Assembly (NCBI GenBank): GCA_951406725.2
Contig: OX597818.1
Coordinates: forward strand, 143,716,001 to 143,780,000
DNA: 64,000 nucleotides
Direction: 5' to 3'
Source of the DNA: Octopus vulgaris
Taxonomy: Eukaryota
This document shows, in pieces, positions 24,963 through 37,122 of the stretch; the stretch's first letter is position 1, and each line of letters opens with the position of its first letter. The translations under genes and the position numbers were made by a program. The notes under the pieces are model-generated. The model did no database searches, was not told where the DNA came from, and saw only the letters and a list, made by a program, of their open reading frames with translations.

Positions 24963-24967
<5 letters not shown>

Positions 24968-25096
24968 ACAGCGGCCATGCTGGAACATCGCCTTTAGTCG
25001 AATATTTCGACCCCAGGACTTATTCTTTGTAAGCCTAGTACTTATTCTATCGATGTCTTTTGCCGAACCGCCAGGTTACGGGGACGTAAACACACC
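24963..25096 (-). mobile_element. SINE family A 3' part, truncated at the ribozyme element
   Basis: GCGGCCATGCTGG...GACGTAAACACACC matches family A. Confidence 0.8.
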
Positions 25097-25783
25097 ATCA
25101 TCAACGTCACCAGAAGGGCTGACGCCATCACGGCGTCCTCTAGCCTGCAAAGGGAGATCATTCCCCGAAGAAGCGGATGCCACATACGGATCCAGGTTTC
25201 AAGGTGTTTGCCTCTCGTCAACGTATGGCAGGCACCGCCCCTCGACGAACGACTCTCTGTGCAGGCTATCTATATAAAGATTGGTGACGTTGATGATCGC
25301 CTGGGGCTAAATGCATCAGTAACACCCCCACCGCCCTGCCCTGTCCCTAGCCACATTCGGATGGCTAACGTCCCTTATGTTATGGAGTAGTTACTGTCTA
25401 TACCTCGTTTAGAGAATTATTATTGCTGTCGAACAGATTTTCTACATCAGTAAATGTGTTTACTGTGAAAATCTTTATATAGATAGCCTGCACAGAGAGT
25501 CGTTCGTCGAGGGGCGGTGCCTACCATACGTTGACGAGAGGCAAACACCTTGAAACCTGGGTCCGTATGTGGCATCCGCTTCTTCGGGGAATGATCTCCC
25601 TTTGCAGGCTTGAGGACGCCGTGATGGCGTCAGCCCTTCTGGTGACGTTGATGATCGCCTGGGGCTAAATGCATCAGTAACACCCCCACCGCCCTGCCCT
25701 GTCCCTAGCCATATTCGGATGGCTAACGTCCCTTATGTTATGGAGTAGTTACTGTCTATACCTCGTTTAGAGAATTATTATTG

Positions 25784-25785
<2 letters not shown>
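25097..25785 (+). mobile_element. Retrozyme/Penelope-like non-coding element: 358-bp partial tandem with an inverted 5' copy
   Basis: Direct repeats 25282-25427 and 25640-25785 (1 mismatch seen). Inverted arms 25097-25282 and 25470-25655 (186 bp, ~3 mismatches seen). Contains a hammerhead. Confidence 0.8.
25525..25569 (+). ncRNA. Type-I hammerhead ribozyme, U3 core variant; predicted cleavage after C25563
   Basis: Stem I CATACG/CGTATG, core TTGACGA, stem II GAGG-CAAACA-CCTT, GAAA, stem III ACC-TG-GGT, GUC triplet. Confidence 0.78.
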
Positions 25786-25838
<53 letters not shown>

Positions 25839-26099
25839 ATATATTAGGACTCAGGTGAACAACGTAGGTCGTGGTATCACTATATATGCACTTGCCGTGG
25901 ATTTTTGATAATCTTTGATAATTTAAAAAATTGTTTAATGTTTTTAAATATTTTTAGATGTTCCTAATACTGTGGTTCGTGTACTCGTCTGTAGAAAACG
26001 GTTTTTATAACGATATCAATTTAAAATTTTTTTGGAAACATGTAATGAATTGACACCTTTCCGGGTGTGTAGTAAGAAGCTTGCCTTGTGCCATAATAT

Positions 26100-26209
26100 G
26101 AAACCAAGAAGCTTGCTTCCCAACCACATGGTTCGAGTTTCAGTCTCATTGCGTAGCACCTTGAGTAAGTATCTTCTGCTATAGCCTCGGGCCGACCAAA
26201 GCTTTGTGA

Positions 26210-26210
<1 letters not shown>
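26100..26210 (+). mobile_element. SINE family A 5' half; its probable 3' half lies at 28150-28380
   Basis: AAGAAGCTTGCTTCCCAACCACATGGTTCGAGTTTCAGTC...GGGCCGACCAAAGC. Confidence 0.75.
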
Positions 26211-26260
<50 letters not shown>

Positions 26261-26290
26261 TCAAAATAAAAACATGATTCAAAGGATTTA

Positions 26291-26378
26291 GCGGTACATA
26301 TGTTTCGGGCCTTTATTAGACGGTTTTATAACAATGCATAATTGATGTAAATGTGTGTCTATGGCCTTCTTCAGCCGC
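26291..26378 (-). ncRNA. Penelope-type minimal hammerhead motif within a PLE-like remnant (~26250-27085)
   Basis: Minus strand reads GCGG CTGAAGA A GGCC-ATAGAC...GTCTA-ATAAA-GGCC C GAAA CATATG TA CCGC; palindromic stem III ACATATGT. Confidence 0.7.
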
Positions 26379-27109
26379 GTACAATTACTACTTCAAGGAC
26401 ATATATTACATTATAAGTTTTACGTTGGGGATGCAAATCCTCATAGTCGCGTACGACAGAGTGGGGCACCAACACGAAATCGAAGCGTCCATCTCGCTTT
26501 TGACTCGATGTAGAATGAGGACGTTTGGATGTTGAGCTAGAGAGGGAAGGGGTTGGGGGGGTTGAATCTTTAGTGAGTTAGGGATCACAAAGGGGGAGTA
26601 AAAGAGTAAAAGATTACAAAAGAGTAAAAAAAATTTTTAAATATATAAAAAAGATATGAGAATATAAAAAAAAGATATAAGAATATAAAAAAATATATAT
26701 AAGAATATAAAAAAGTATCTGAGTATATAAATATATAAATAAATATATAAATATATATACATAAATACACACGGACGTGAAAAAACATGGTAATATAAAT
26801 AAATAGAGATATAGATAAAGAAGCGAAAATTAAGGACGAAAAAAAAATAAGGATAAGAAAATAAAAGACTATATAAGGGGATGAAGGAAGAAATGTAAGG
26901 GGGTGAAGAACTAACAGGGTGGTCAGAAGATAGCGTATTCCGGTTGTTGGGGCCTACCGGTGTAATGGCGGGTGTCATAAATTAACTGTCTGGAGACCAA
27001 GTAGATCGGTCAATCTCAGTTGCCTCGTTTGTGGCTAAACAGTTTATCTACTTCCTCGTAAATTGTCTTTGTTACTAATGGTCAACGTGTACATACGTAC
27101 ATGCATGCA

Positions 27110-28050
27110 TCATCATCATCATTGTTCGACCGTGGTCGAGACAATGGAATTTACCATGCTACGCCAGACTTCACGGTCCATCATAGCATCAGAGGTCCTG
27201 TTGCTGGATGCCTGTATCCCTGGAGATTACATCAGGGTAGGAGAGTGTGCGCCCTCTGGTATTGCGAGTAGATGGCTTCCAGAGGAGAAGAGTAGAAATT
27301 ACTTCTTTTTCAGCTCTACAACAATGTCCAGCAAACTGGACTCTCCTACCTTTCACAAGAGATGACACAGGTGGTAGTTTCCCATATATTTGCATTTTGG
27401 TTGGATGGCGCTTCCACGAGAGGTTTTGAGCTCTCATAAGGAGGCGAGTGTAGGTTCCATCCAACAGCCTCTCAAGCCTCTTTGATAACGTCCAGGTTTC
27501 TGAGCCATATAGTAGAATTGGTTCGACTGTGGCTTTGAATATTTCAAGTTTGAAGTCTCTACTTAGATTTGATGACCAGATCTTATGCATGTCATTACAG
27601 GCTGACCAGGCCATACCCTTTCTAGTTAGAAAGTCTTTTCCAGATGATGATATGTATGACCCAAGATATTTGTAATCAGAAACCATATTTAAGGGCGCAT
27701 TGTTGAGAGTATGGATGATGCAATCACTGTTGGACAGGCACTTGTTTATGTATTCAGTTTTGGCCTCATTGAGGTAAAGACCTACACAATTTGAGGCTTG
27801 TTCAAGAGATTGTAAAAGAGCATGGGCAGTGGAGAGAGAATCACTGATAAGAGCGATGTCGTCAGCAAAGTCAGTGTCTGTCAAGTACTCAGCTGGGTGT
27901 CTGGAACTTCTTCTTGGTTTTATTTCAAAGCCCTTGCCTGAGATGGCATCAACTGACATACGTAGCACATAATCAACAACAATGATGAAAAGAAATGGGG
28001 CGAGTGTGTCTCCCTGCAGTATTCCGGCTTTGATTGAGAAAGATGATGTG
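27110..28050 (-). mobile_element. RTE-clade LINE, 5'-truncated, RT C-terminal half
   Basis: GILQGDTLAPFLF, DFADDIAL, YKYLGS, LLYGSETW; (ATG)n tail; TSD CATGCATGCA at 27100-27109 and 28051-28060. Confidence 0.93.
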
Positions 28051-28098
28051 CATGCATGCACATCCACATCCACATGTATATATACATACGTACTCTCG

Positions 28099-28149
<51 letters not shown>

Positions 28150-28150
<1 letters not shown>

Positions 28151-28380
28151 ACTCTGTGTGTGTGCATTTGTGTGTCTGTGACTGTGTTTGTCCCTCCACA
28201 ATCGCTTGACAACCGATGTTGGTATGTTACGTCCCCGTAAAATAGCGCTTCGGCAAAAGAGAACGATAGCATAAGTGCCAGGCTTACAAAAAATAAGTTC
28301 AGGGGTCGATTTCTTTGACTAAAATTCGGTGCTCTAGCACGCCGCAGTCAAATGACTGAAATAAGTGAAAGAATAAAAGA
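28150..28380 (+). mobile_element. SINE family A 3' half
   Basis: GCTTGACAACCGATG...GCAGTCAAATGACTGAAA. Confidence 0.8.
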
Positions 28381-28427
<47 letters not shown>

Positions 28428-28459
28428 TGTATGTATGTATGTATGTATGTATGAATGTA

Positions 28460-29375
28460 TCTTTTGCACTTTTATCGCCTTCAAAGTATTCTCCATTTGA
28501 AGCAATGCATCGGTCCAGACAGGAGGCGGGGTTGCGGGGTCATGCTATTTTTGGTCAATAACTGTCTCACACTCAAAGCAGTGCGCAGGCGCGTTGTCAT
28601 GATGAAACCACCATTCTTCACTTTGTCACATGTTGTGGCGTTTTCGTCTCACTGCGTGTAGCAAACGCTTCAGAAGTGCCAAGTAAAACGCCTGGTTAAC
28701 AGCTTGACCAGGACAATTCCTTCCGTATCTATGAAACAAACCAGCATCTTTTTGACATTGGACTTCGCTTGACGGTTTTTTAGGAGTCGTGGTGATATTG
28801 AATGCTTCCATTGATTTGATTGCTGCTTCGTTTCTGAGATCGTAGCCGTAAACCAGCTTTCGTCATCAGTGATGACCTTCGAAAAAAGGTCCGATTCAAC
28901 TTCTAACTGTTCTTTCGATTCACGTCACGCATTTAGCCGAAACTACTTTTCATATTCTGTGAGAAACTGAAGCATAAATTTTGCTGCAACTCTTTTCATT
29001 CGCAATTCGTCGCCCAAAATTCATTAGCTGGAGCTCCAGAACACACCAGTTATATCAACAAGTTCATCAAATGGTCGGCGATGATCCTCCAAGATCAGTT
29101 CCCGAATTTTCCCGATGTTTTCATCCGTTCGGGAGATCGACAATCACCCTGAACGAGGTTGATCTTCAAACAACAAAGGACCATTCTTAAAGCGTGAAAA
29201 CCACTCGTAAATTTGTGTTTTGCTCATGGCAGTGTCCTTGTAAGCCATATGAAGCCTGACGAGTTTTGGTCGCCGTTTTCCCCAGCAGAAAACAGAATTT
29301 CAGGAAAGTACGGTGTTTCTTCGTTTCAACCATCGCAAAAATCGATGAACATGGGAGATGCACTGCAAAACAACT
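28460..29375 (-). pseudogene. Decayed mariner transposase with an internal deletion
   Basis: Minus-strand motifs VITDDESW, HHDNAPAH, CIASNGEYFEGD. Confidence 0.85.
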
Positions 29376-30469
29376 TCACTCGAGGACGCCGGTCGGTAGA
29401 TTAAAGGATTAGAAAAAAATCAGAGACAGAAAAAGGTACAGAGGAAATAAACGAGTGGGAAATAGTGGGAGTTAAAGAAAGAGAGGGCCAAGAAATGTGA
29501 AAGAGGGGGAGCGAGAAAAGGAAGAAGAATGAGAGGGAGAATAAAAGATAGAGTAAGAGTCGTACAAAATTTAGATACATACCTTCTATAAGGTGAGCAC
29601 AAGGGTGTACGTACGCCGCTACATATATATATATAATTGGAACAAAAACGCAATAGAGGACTTAAAACATTCGGACAGATAGACGATACATATGCCAAGT
29701 CTCTGGTCGGCCCGAGGGTATACAAAAATTGCACTTGCCCAAGGTTCCACGCAGTGCCACTGAACCCAGGACCATGTGGTCGGAAAGCAAACTTCTAACC
29801 ACACAGCGTACTATACATGCCTACTTCCTTGCACACACATTTTTACATAGAGATACATATGTATGCCGCACACATGCATACACACACACATACATATATA
29901 TGCATACAGGCATCTACATGCTTTCATACATATATATGCTTACATACATAGCTATGTTGTCTCACATTTAATGATTACTTTTTCAATCCTATTTTATGAT
30001 TCACTCCCTTTCTCTTTTCCTTCTTTTCTCTCTATCTATCTACCTATCTCTGTCGTTTTCTTTCTGTTCTCACTCTTTCTCTCACCCTCTCACTCTGATT
30101 CTCTCTCCCTCTTGTTCCCTCTCTCTCTCTCCAGCTCTCCCCATCGCTTTTCAACTAGTTCTCTCAATCACCGTTGTTTCATTCTCACAACACACCCTCT
30201 CCTAGTTTTTCTCTTTCATAAATATCTCTGCCGTTGTTTGTTTCCCTTCTTGTACTCTCTTTATCTCCCAATTTCACTACCTTTCCCTATATCCCTCTAT
30301 CTTACCGTATTCCAATCTTTACTTTTCGATTTCTGTCGAGACCGATAGATGGGGGCAGTCGATATAATCGACTGTTTCCGTCAGAAATCGTATTATCTAT
30401 CGCCTGTTCAACCAAATTTATAATGGAGTTGTTGTTCCAGTTGAATACTAGTCTCACTCAAACAGTTTA

Positions 30470-30690
30470 GATTCATGTTCACTAAGTAACTTAATGCAGC
30501 GTGAGGCAAAAAAAAAAAGAACTTCTGATTTACTATTCTTGATAAGCGTTTCAATAGTAAACGATCGGTGTGCACCGGTCCAAACTATTATAATAGTTAA
30601 AAACAAAATGGTAAAACGTTTGCTACATGGCAATATTACAACCTGCTTAACTTCGCTAGCGCCATACCAATCGCTATATACAACATAGAA
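30470..30690 (-). mobile_element. Tc1/mariner-superfamily transposase N-terminal fragment
   Basis: WTGAHRSFTIETLIKN resembles the N-terminus of DD37D/DD41D-type transposases as I recall them. Confidence 0.4.
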
Positions 30691-30904
30691 GATTTTTCTG
30701 TTGCACTCTGTATTCCTGTATTTGGCCTGCAAACTCTCTCTCTCTCTCTTTCTTTCTTAAGCAAATCGAAGAGAATTCTCTTCGATTTATATTCCAATAT
30801 TATTTTGTTCTCACAACGTGTAAGATATAAGCACATAATTATATAATGCCAAAATTATGTAGACAAATAGATCCGTATCTGATATACATGTGCTTATATT
30901 GGTA

Positions 30905-31120
30905 TATTGGTTTCTAATTTTTGTCACAAGGACAGTAATTTTGGTGGAGGGAGAGAGTCGATTACGTCGATACCAGTGCTCAACTGGTACTTATTTTATC
31001 GACCCCGAAAGGATGAACAGCAAAGCCGATTTTGGCGGAATCTGAACGGAGAACGTGAAGACGAACGAAATGCTGCCAAGCATTTTATCCGGCATGCTAA
31101 AAATTCCTCTCGCTCACCGT
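30905..31120 (-). mobile_element. SINE family B
   Basis: CTGGTACTTATTTTATCGACCCCGAAAGGATGAA core. Confidence 0.8.
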
Positions 31121-31300
31121 GCAAACAACTCCTCCAGCTCGCCGCATTCTTAAATTGATGTATTGATATCTGTGTGGCAGGAAGCTTGCTTCCCAATCAC
31201 ATGCTTCCGAGTTAAGTCTCACTGCGTGGCACCTCGGGCAAGTGTCTTCTACTATATCCTCGGACTGAGAAAAGCCTCGTCAGCGGAATTGATAGAAACT

Positions 31301-34300
31301 ACCTTTCCCTCCCGGCCAAAAGAAGATGGCGGAGCGAGCCTCCCAATGGACTCGGCTGATATCCGGATCCGTCCTACACATGATAACAGCTGTTCGACAA
31401 AGCTCCACAGGTCAGTAATGCACGGACGCTGGACGGGTGCATGCAGGACGGTTTCATCTACCTGCGCACGGCTCAGACAGGTCCGTCTGACAGCACTTCC
31501 GTGTTTGTAGAGCTTGTCTCGAACCGGCAGAGCTCCCCGATAGCACTGCCAGGTCAGGGATTTCTGGAAGTTATCTATATCCTCGCGCCTGAATGTCCTG
31601 AAAAGACCAGTTAGTTTATCCCTCCCGACATCCAGAGTTTCCCCGAGTATGTCATCGCTCTTTCCCTCCACTAATCCGCTATAGTACTCCATGGTGGAAG
31701 TTCCACCGACCGCGTTGCCAGACTGGCAGAAGGCTGTTAGCGCTTGCCGACACTCCAGGTGCCAAGCACCCTTTCTTGGTTTACGCTTGACCCAGGACTA
31801 TAACTCCATTAGCAGCGGAAAGTCCCGTTTGACGAACGGTGACTACACGTGCTCACCATTAAGGAAACGCTGGAGATGTCGCAGCCTCAACGCATGTCTG
31901 CGCATCATTAGCCACGGTATGCCCAGTACTCCGCTCAACGGCTGTTGACAGCAGATTGACCGTCTGACAAGAGGAAGAGTCCCTTCCATAGAAAGTGGAA
32001 GAGCAAGCGATCTAAGTTCATCATGCACGAGTGGGGCAAGGGTCGACGATCAGGCGGTAGTAGATGATGGAAGCGATGTACGCATTCACCCCTCCGCCCG
32101 ACACTTCAGGAACAGCTTCCTCTCTGGCCATTTCTGGGTGAGATTGGCTGCCATGCTCGTCACCTCACCGCAGTTTTTGCCCACCTGGATGTCTGGACCA
32201 AATCAGACCCCGAGCAATTTAACCTGTCCTTCTGTCCAACACCCTACAACACTGTTGGTTAGTATGGAATTGCCTCTCTAAGTACCGAGTTGTAGGTCCA
32301 CCAACTTCTGGTTGATCTTTGCCCCTGTCATCGCTTCGTACTCCCTTAGAACTTTGCCGACCACCAATTTCCTAGATGTCCGTGTAAGCCGATACGAACC
32401 CTCCGCATCTTAGATCACGAGGAATGCCGCTCGAAACATCCAGCTTCCGCAGCAATGGCTCGAGAGCCAGAACGTACAGAAGAGGCGAAAGTGCACATCT
32501 CTGACAGACTGAACGAGCGATGCTAAACAATTCCCATAGGTGGCCATTTACTTTGACCACCGAACAGATGTCGCTGTACATTACAACAATCCGGCCCCTG
32601 AAAACGAGATCGAAAACCCGCTATCGCGAGAACAGCATCCAAGTATTGGTGGTCGACCCTATCAAAAGCTTTCGATTAATCCAAATTGATCAGGGCCCCA
32701 CCCATACCAGGCTCTTTACCCACCCTCTTAATGATGTGGAGGTTGTTGTGGATAGTTCTGTTTGGGATAGCGCATGTCTGCGCGTCACCAAGCAACTTAT
32801 CGACGACAAGCAGAAACCTCTTGGCTAACACCTTGGCCAAAATCTTATAATCTGCACTCAGAAGACTTATAGACCTAAAATTATCAATTTTGTCCCCTTC
32901 CTCAACAGCACCATCACTCCACGGCCCACAGCACTGGGAATTCTCCCGTTCTGCTGTCAGTTGTGGTAGACGTCTGCCAAAAGACCACCGAACAAGTCTG
33001 GCATATGAAAATAAGGCTCGAAGGACAGACCATCTCGCCCTGGTGACTTCTCTCTCGCGCAGTCCGTCATTGCGTCCCGTATGTTTTCGACTGTTGCAGG
33101 CATTTCGCAGGACTCCGCATCTCTGGCTGAGAGGCACGGCATCCCACTGAGATACGAAGTGAAATCCACCACCGTCTCAGAACCACTGCGTACTCCATAA
33201 AGTTCGACGAAGTGCCGATGAAATTCTGCACGCACCTGCCTGGACTCGGTTATCATGCGCCTATCACAACTCAACAAAGACCAAATTCTTGCTTTGTTTC
33301 CACGTAGCGCCTCATCCACCCGAGCCCATCGAATGTCTTTCGTCCCCTCCTGTCTCAGTGCACGTGTCCTAGCTCTGAAAATGCAACCTTCATGCTTGGC
33401 ATTGAGGAAATGATCATGAGCCAATTTCGCCACTAGCACGTCGGTCGCTACGACTTTTTTGAGCGCCTCTCTTAGCTTCCTAACTAGGTGTCCTCTATCC
33501 TAGATTACTCTAACGCTATTTTCTAATAGCCCTTTTCAGTGCTATCCACCATCCGTTGTTGACGATTGCGCCCGCCAACTCTCGATAGATGGGGCCCCAG
33601 AAGGCGAACCTAAACCGGTCCTTCGGGAAGGAGTCCAACACCCTGAACATATCGACTTCCGATATGACCTCCGTAGTCACCTGTGGAGGCCTAACAGGGT
33701 CTTCAGTCCAAGGCATGGTCTCCTCTCTCCGGCCCTCTAGCTTCCTTAAGAAGCTCTGTATTGCCCCTCCCTTATGGAGGAAGATAACAAAATCATCTCT
33801 AGTCGCTCTGGGAGGGGCCACAGTTTTCTCAGTCGGTGACACACTTCCCACCGACAAAGTTTCAGGGCATGCCGGCAGTGTACAATCAACCACCGGCAAT
33901 GTCTCGTTCATTTTCTTTTTTCTTTTTCTCTCCTTTGCTACGGGAGGGTGTGGTACCTCCGCTTTATCCGGAGGATCTTCTTCCCCTCCCGCAGCTTTAG
34001 GGTCGCTCGGCGGGCAATCATTGTTGCCCACCTTCTTTCTTTTCTTTCCTTTTTTCGAGGAGGTCTCCACTTCCTAGTCTGTCTCCATCTCGCTCTCCAA
34101 TGGGGAAGCAGGGGCCGCTACTTTTATTAACTGCTCCAGGACCTTACCTTGGTTCTGGGGACAGTTCTTTCTATCTACTGGCCTACAAAATACTCTATCT
34201 AGATGCGATCTGGAAGACCGGATGCGGTTCACCCATATCAACATTGGCGCATTGGGGAAATCAAATCGGTACCTGTCAGCCAACTGGAAGTGACTGAGCA

Positions 34301-36150
34301 GGTTTGTGAGGCTTTTACTCCACCCTCTCCTATTAGCTAGTCCCATCCTATCCAGGCGGGTATCCAAGATGTCATTCCAGTTACCCACTAACATTAAAGA
34401 GCGTGACGTCTCAAGGAAAACATCTAAACGTCTGAAAAAGTATGGGTGCCCTACCCCCGTGGGAGCGTACACATCGATGAGTCTAGAGGCACCACTTTCG
34501 CTGTCACGTCCAGGACTACCAACTTACCAGGAAGATCGTCCGAATTTCGAGGTCAGTGCCTTTCCTAAACAACACTGCCACCCTCTTCCCATTCCGAGCC
34601 GACTAAGAGATACGTCGATCTCAAAATCGTCGAAAATGGGTGCAAGATCGCGTGTCGGAAATCCTGGTTTCACTGGCTGCTATCACATCCAAACCTAGCG
34701 ACCTGAAGTCATTGAGCGAGCGACCTTGCTTCCAGGGTGACCTCAAGCCGCGAACATTTATGTAGCCCACTCTGACAATCGCCATGAGTTGAATAAAAGA
34801 AAAAAAGAGAGGTGCCGACAGTTCCAGTGGGGTAAGTAAACCCTTGGAGCTGTTGGCAGCCCGATGACCCGGACTCAGATTTGGTTCCTCTGCGAAACCA
34901 TCTAAAAGCCTCTTGGGGGAGCAGACGTCTGGCCGTCCCACGTTTGAATTTCTTTGTATCTTTTGAGGGGGTAGCCGAATTAGCATTAAGTGATCCAGGA
35001 CCCTAAGGGTACTGGTGTCGTAAATAGTACCCCCTCTCAATCTCCTTGTTTCTAACTATGAGAGCCAACAAATTTTTGTTGGTTCTCCTCACGAGCACGT
35101 AATTCGGCTCTTCCGTATTGGTGACTGTGAGCTTCCTTTGGAGGCTACGTGTGGTTGTGAATTCATTGGTAGATTGTGTTGGAGTAGTGGTGGTTGTGGT
35201 GCTGGTGTTGCGTTTGTTATGTCAATGTTCAATGTGCTGACGGTTTCTGTGTTTTCAGGTGTTGGTGTAGGTTCGTCGGTTTTCTATTTCCTTTGTCTTT
35301 TACGTTCTTTTACTTTGTAATGTTCTTTCTCGTCTTCACTACGTGATGGGGAGGGACTAGAATCTGTCTCAAGGTGTGTGAGTGTGTCTGTGATAGTGTG
35401 AGCGTATGTGTGAATGTATGCTTGAAAGGGAGGTTGAGGGGGTTGGTTTGACAGATACCCTGAGTGGTTTTCTCCATTGTATGGGATTCACATGCCATTG
35501 TTGATGTTGGGGATGAGGTTACAGTTTTATTGAAAGGTCCCTGTTGTTGCTATAACTGTTTTTGGGATGCGATGTAGGCTGCAAGGTGAGGCCGCGTACC
35601 TCCCAACTTTTTGGAACAGAAAGCTCTCAGGTGTATTGTGTCCCCACAGATGTCGCATCTGGACTTCCTGCCTTCCGCAGAAATACAGTTTCACCCCATT
35701 AGGCGTCTGAATCAGGTCCGGGATCATCTTGATATTCTGGTTTTACATGGATTAACATTTCCAAGTTGCTCCCAAACCAACACTCCCTGCTGCTTCTTTT
35801 TACCTCCAGGAGTGACTCTAGGTCCTGCACCATACAGGCGACAATCCACCAGACGTTTAAGCCCAGCGGCACGCTCGTTACTCTTATTCTGGTTGTTCTC
35901 TTTGATAGGTAGATGGGATTCTGGACCCACTCCCCACTCCACCGGGGTGACACTGTGTATCTTCGCACGAAGTCCTCACTTATAAAGAAGACCTCATTGC
36001 TAGCAAACTGTCTCCCTCTTTGTATATGTGAGAGCCTTTGTATATGTAAGGGCCTTCTTTGTATATGTGAGGACTTTCTCACCGTGACTGATGGAGGCTA
36101 TTTTGGCTCTCCTGCTTCTGCAGGATACGCATCTAAAACAAACTGTCTAC
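31301..36150 (-). mobile_element. Decayed Tx1/L1-type non-LTR retrotransposon (ORF1 with zinc knuckle; ORF2 EN+RT), rearranged
   Basis: CCHC CDICGDTIHLRAFC at 35616-35657. EN motifs NVRGL, SET, YAP, GNWN, LDRV. RT motifs SPGRDGL, FRSISLLSADYKILAK, LSPLLY, SAYTDI. Many frameshifts and stops. Confidence 0.88.
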
Positions 36151-36499
36151 TTTTCTTTCGCCTTTATTCTTTCGGGAGGTACGAGCACTGTTGCCTTACC
36201 AATCTCAAATTTAATGATGTCTTTCGCTTTTGAGAGTTTGCGTGTTTTGTCATCGAGTATGATGACAAACATTTCCCTCTTTGTGTTCGCTACATCAGCA
36301 AACCTTTTATTTTTGTTGTCGGTGCCGTCGTCGTTACTGTTGTTATTGTTACTACTGCTGGTGGTGGTGGTGGTGGTGGTGGTGGTGGTGGAGTTGCCAC
36401 TCTCACCACCACGATCACAGTTTTTTTCTTAACTCTTTCAAGATGCGCACCACCATCTTATTGAATTATATATGATTAAACGCCCATCGAATTTATTTG

Positions 36500-36698
36500 G
36501 AGGGGATGAATATAGCCCCGCGAGGGGCCAAACAAACACAGAAACCCAGTGACAGGTTCCTGAAGTTTCTATTAACAACTTGGAGCAAAATATAAACCGA
36601 AAAAAGGCACCAACGCTTATAAATAAATGTTTTCAAAAGGATTTACTTGGAACGCTCGAAAACACGTCCGATGTACTACGCAACAAATACATAATAAT

Positions 36699-36792
<94 letters not shown>

Positions 36793-37070
36793 TCTTTAAG
36801 GTTTAAATAATTCACTTCTGGAAACATGAGTGTTCCGTTCATCATCCTTAAACAACCCTTATTCAGAAACCTTTTAAACGGGTTAGGTAACTCGACCTGA
36901 AGAAAATTCTAATTGGGCCCCCACCTGCAAGGTCATGCACTGTTTATCTTGATAGGAGATCGCCATGTCGCACACTTGTTGTTGTGATGCATATGCCTGC
37001 TGTACCCTTATACTGGGTTTCGTATATTTTACCCCAGTGTCACTTTGATGGCATGCACTGCCTCTTACTC

Positions 37071-37120
<50 letters not shown>
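36500..37120 (+). mobile_element. Probable decayed 3' end of an R4/Dong-type element with (AAC)/(AAT)n tracts
   Basis: FQKDLLGT...VLR resembles the RLE-element C-terminus; ends in (AAT)n. Confidence 0.35.
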
Positions 37121-37122
<2 letters not shown>

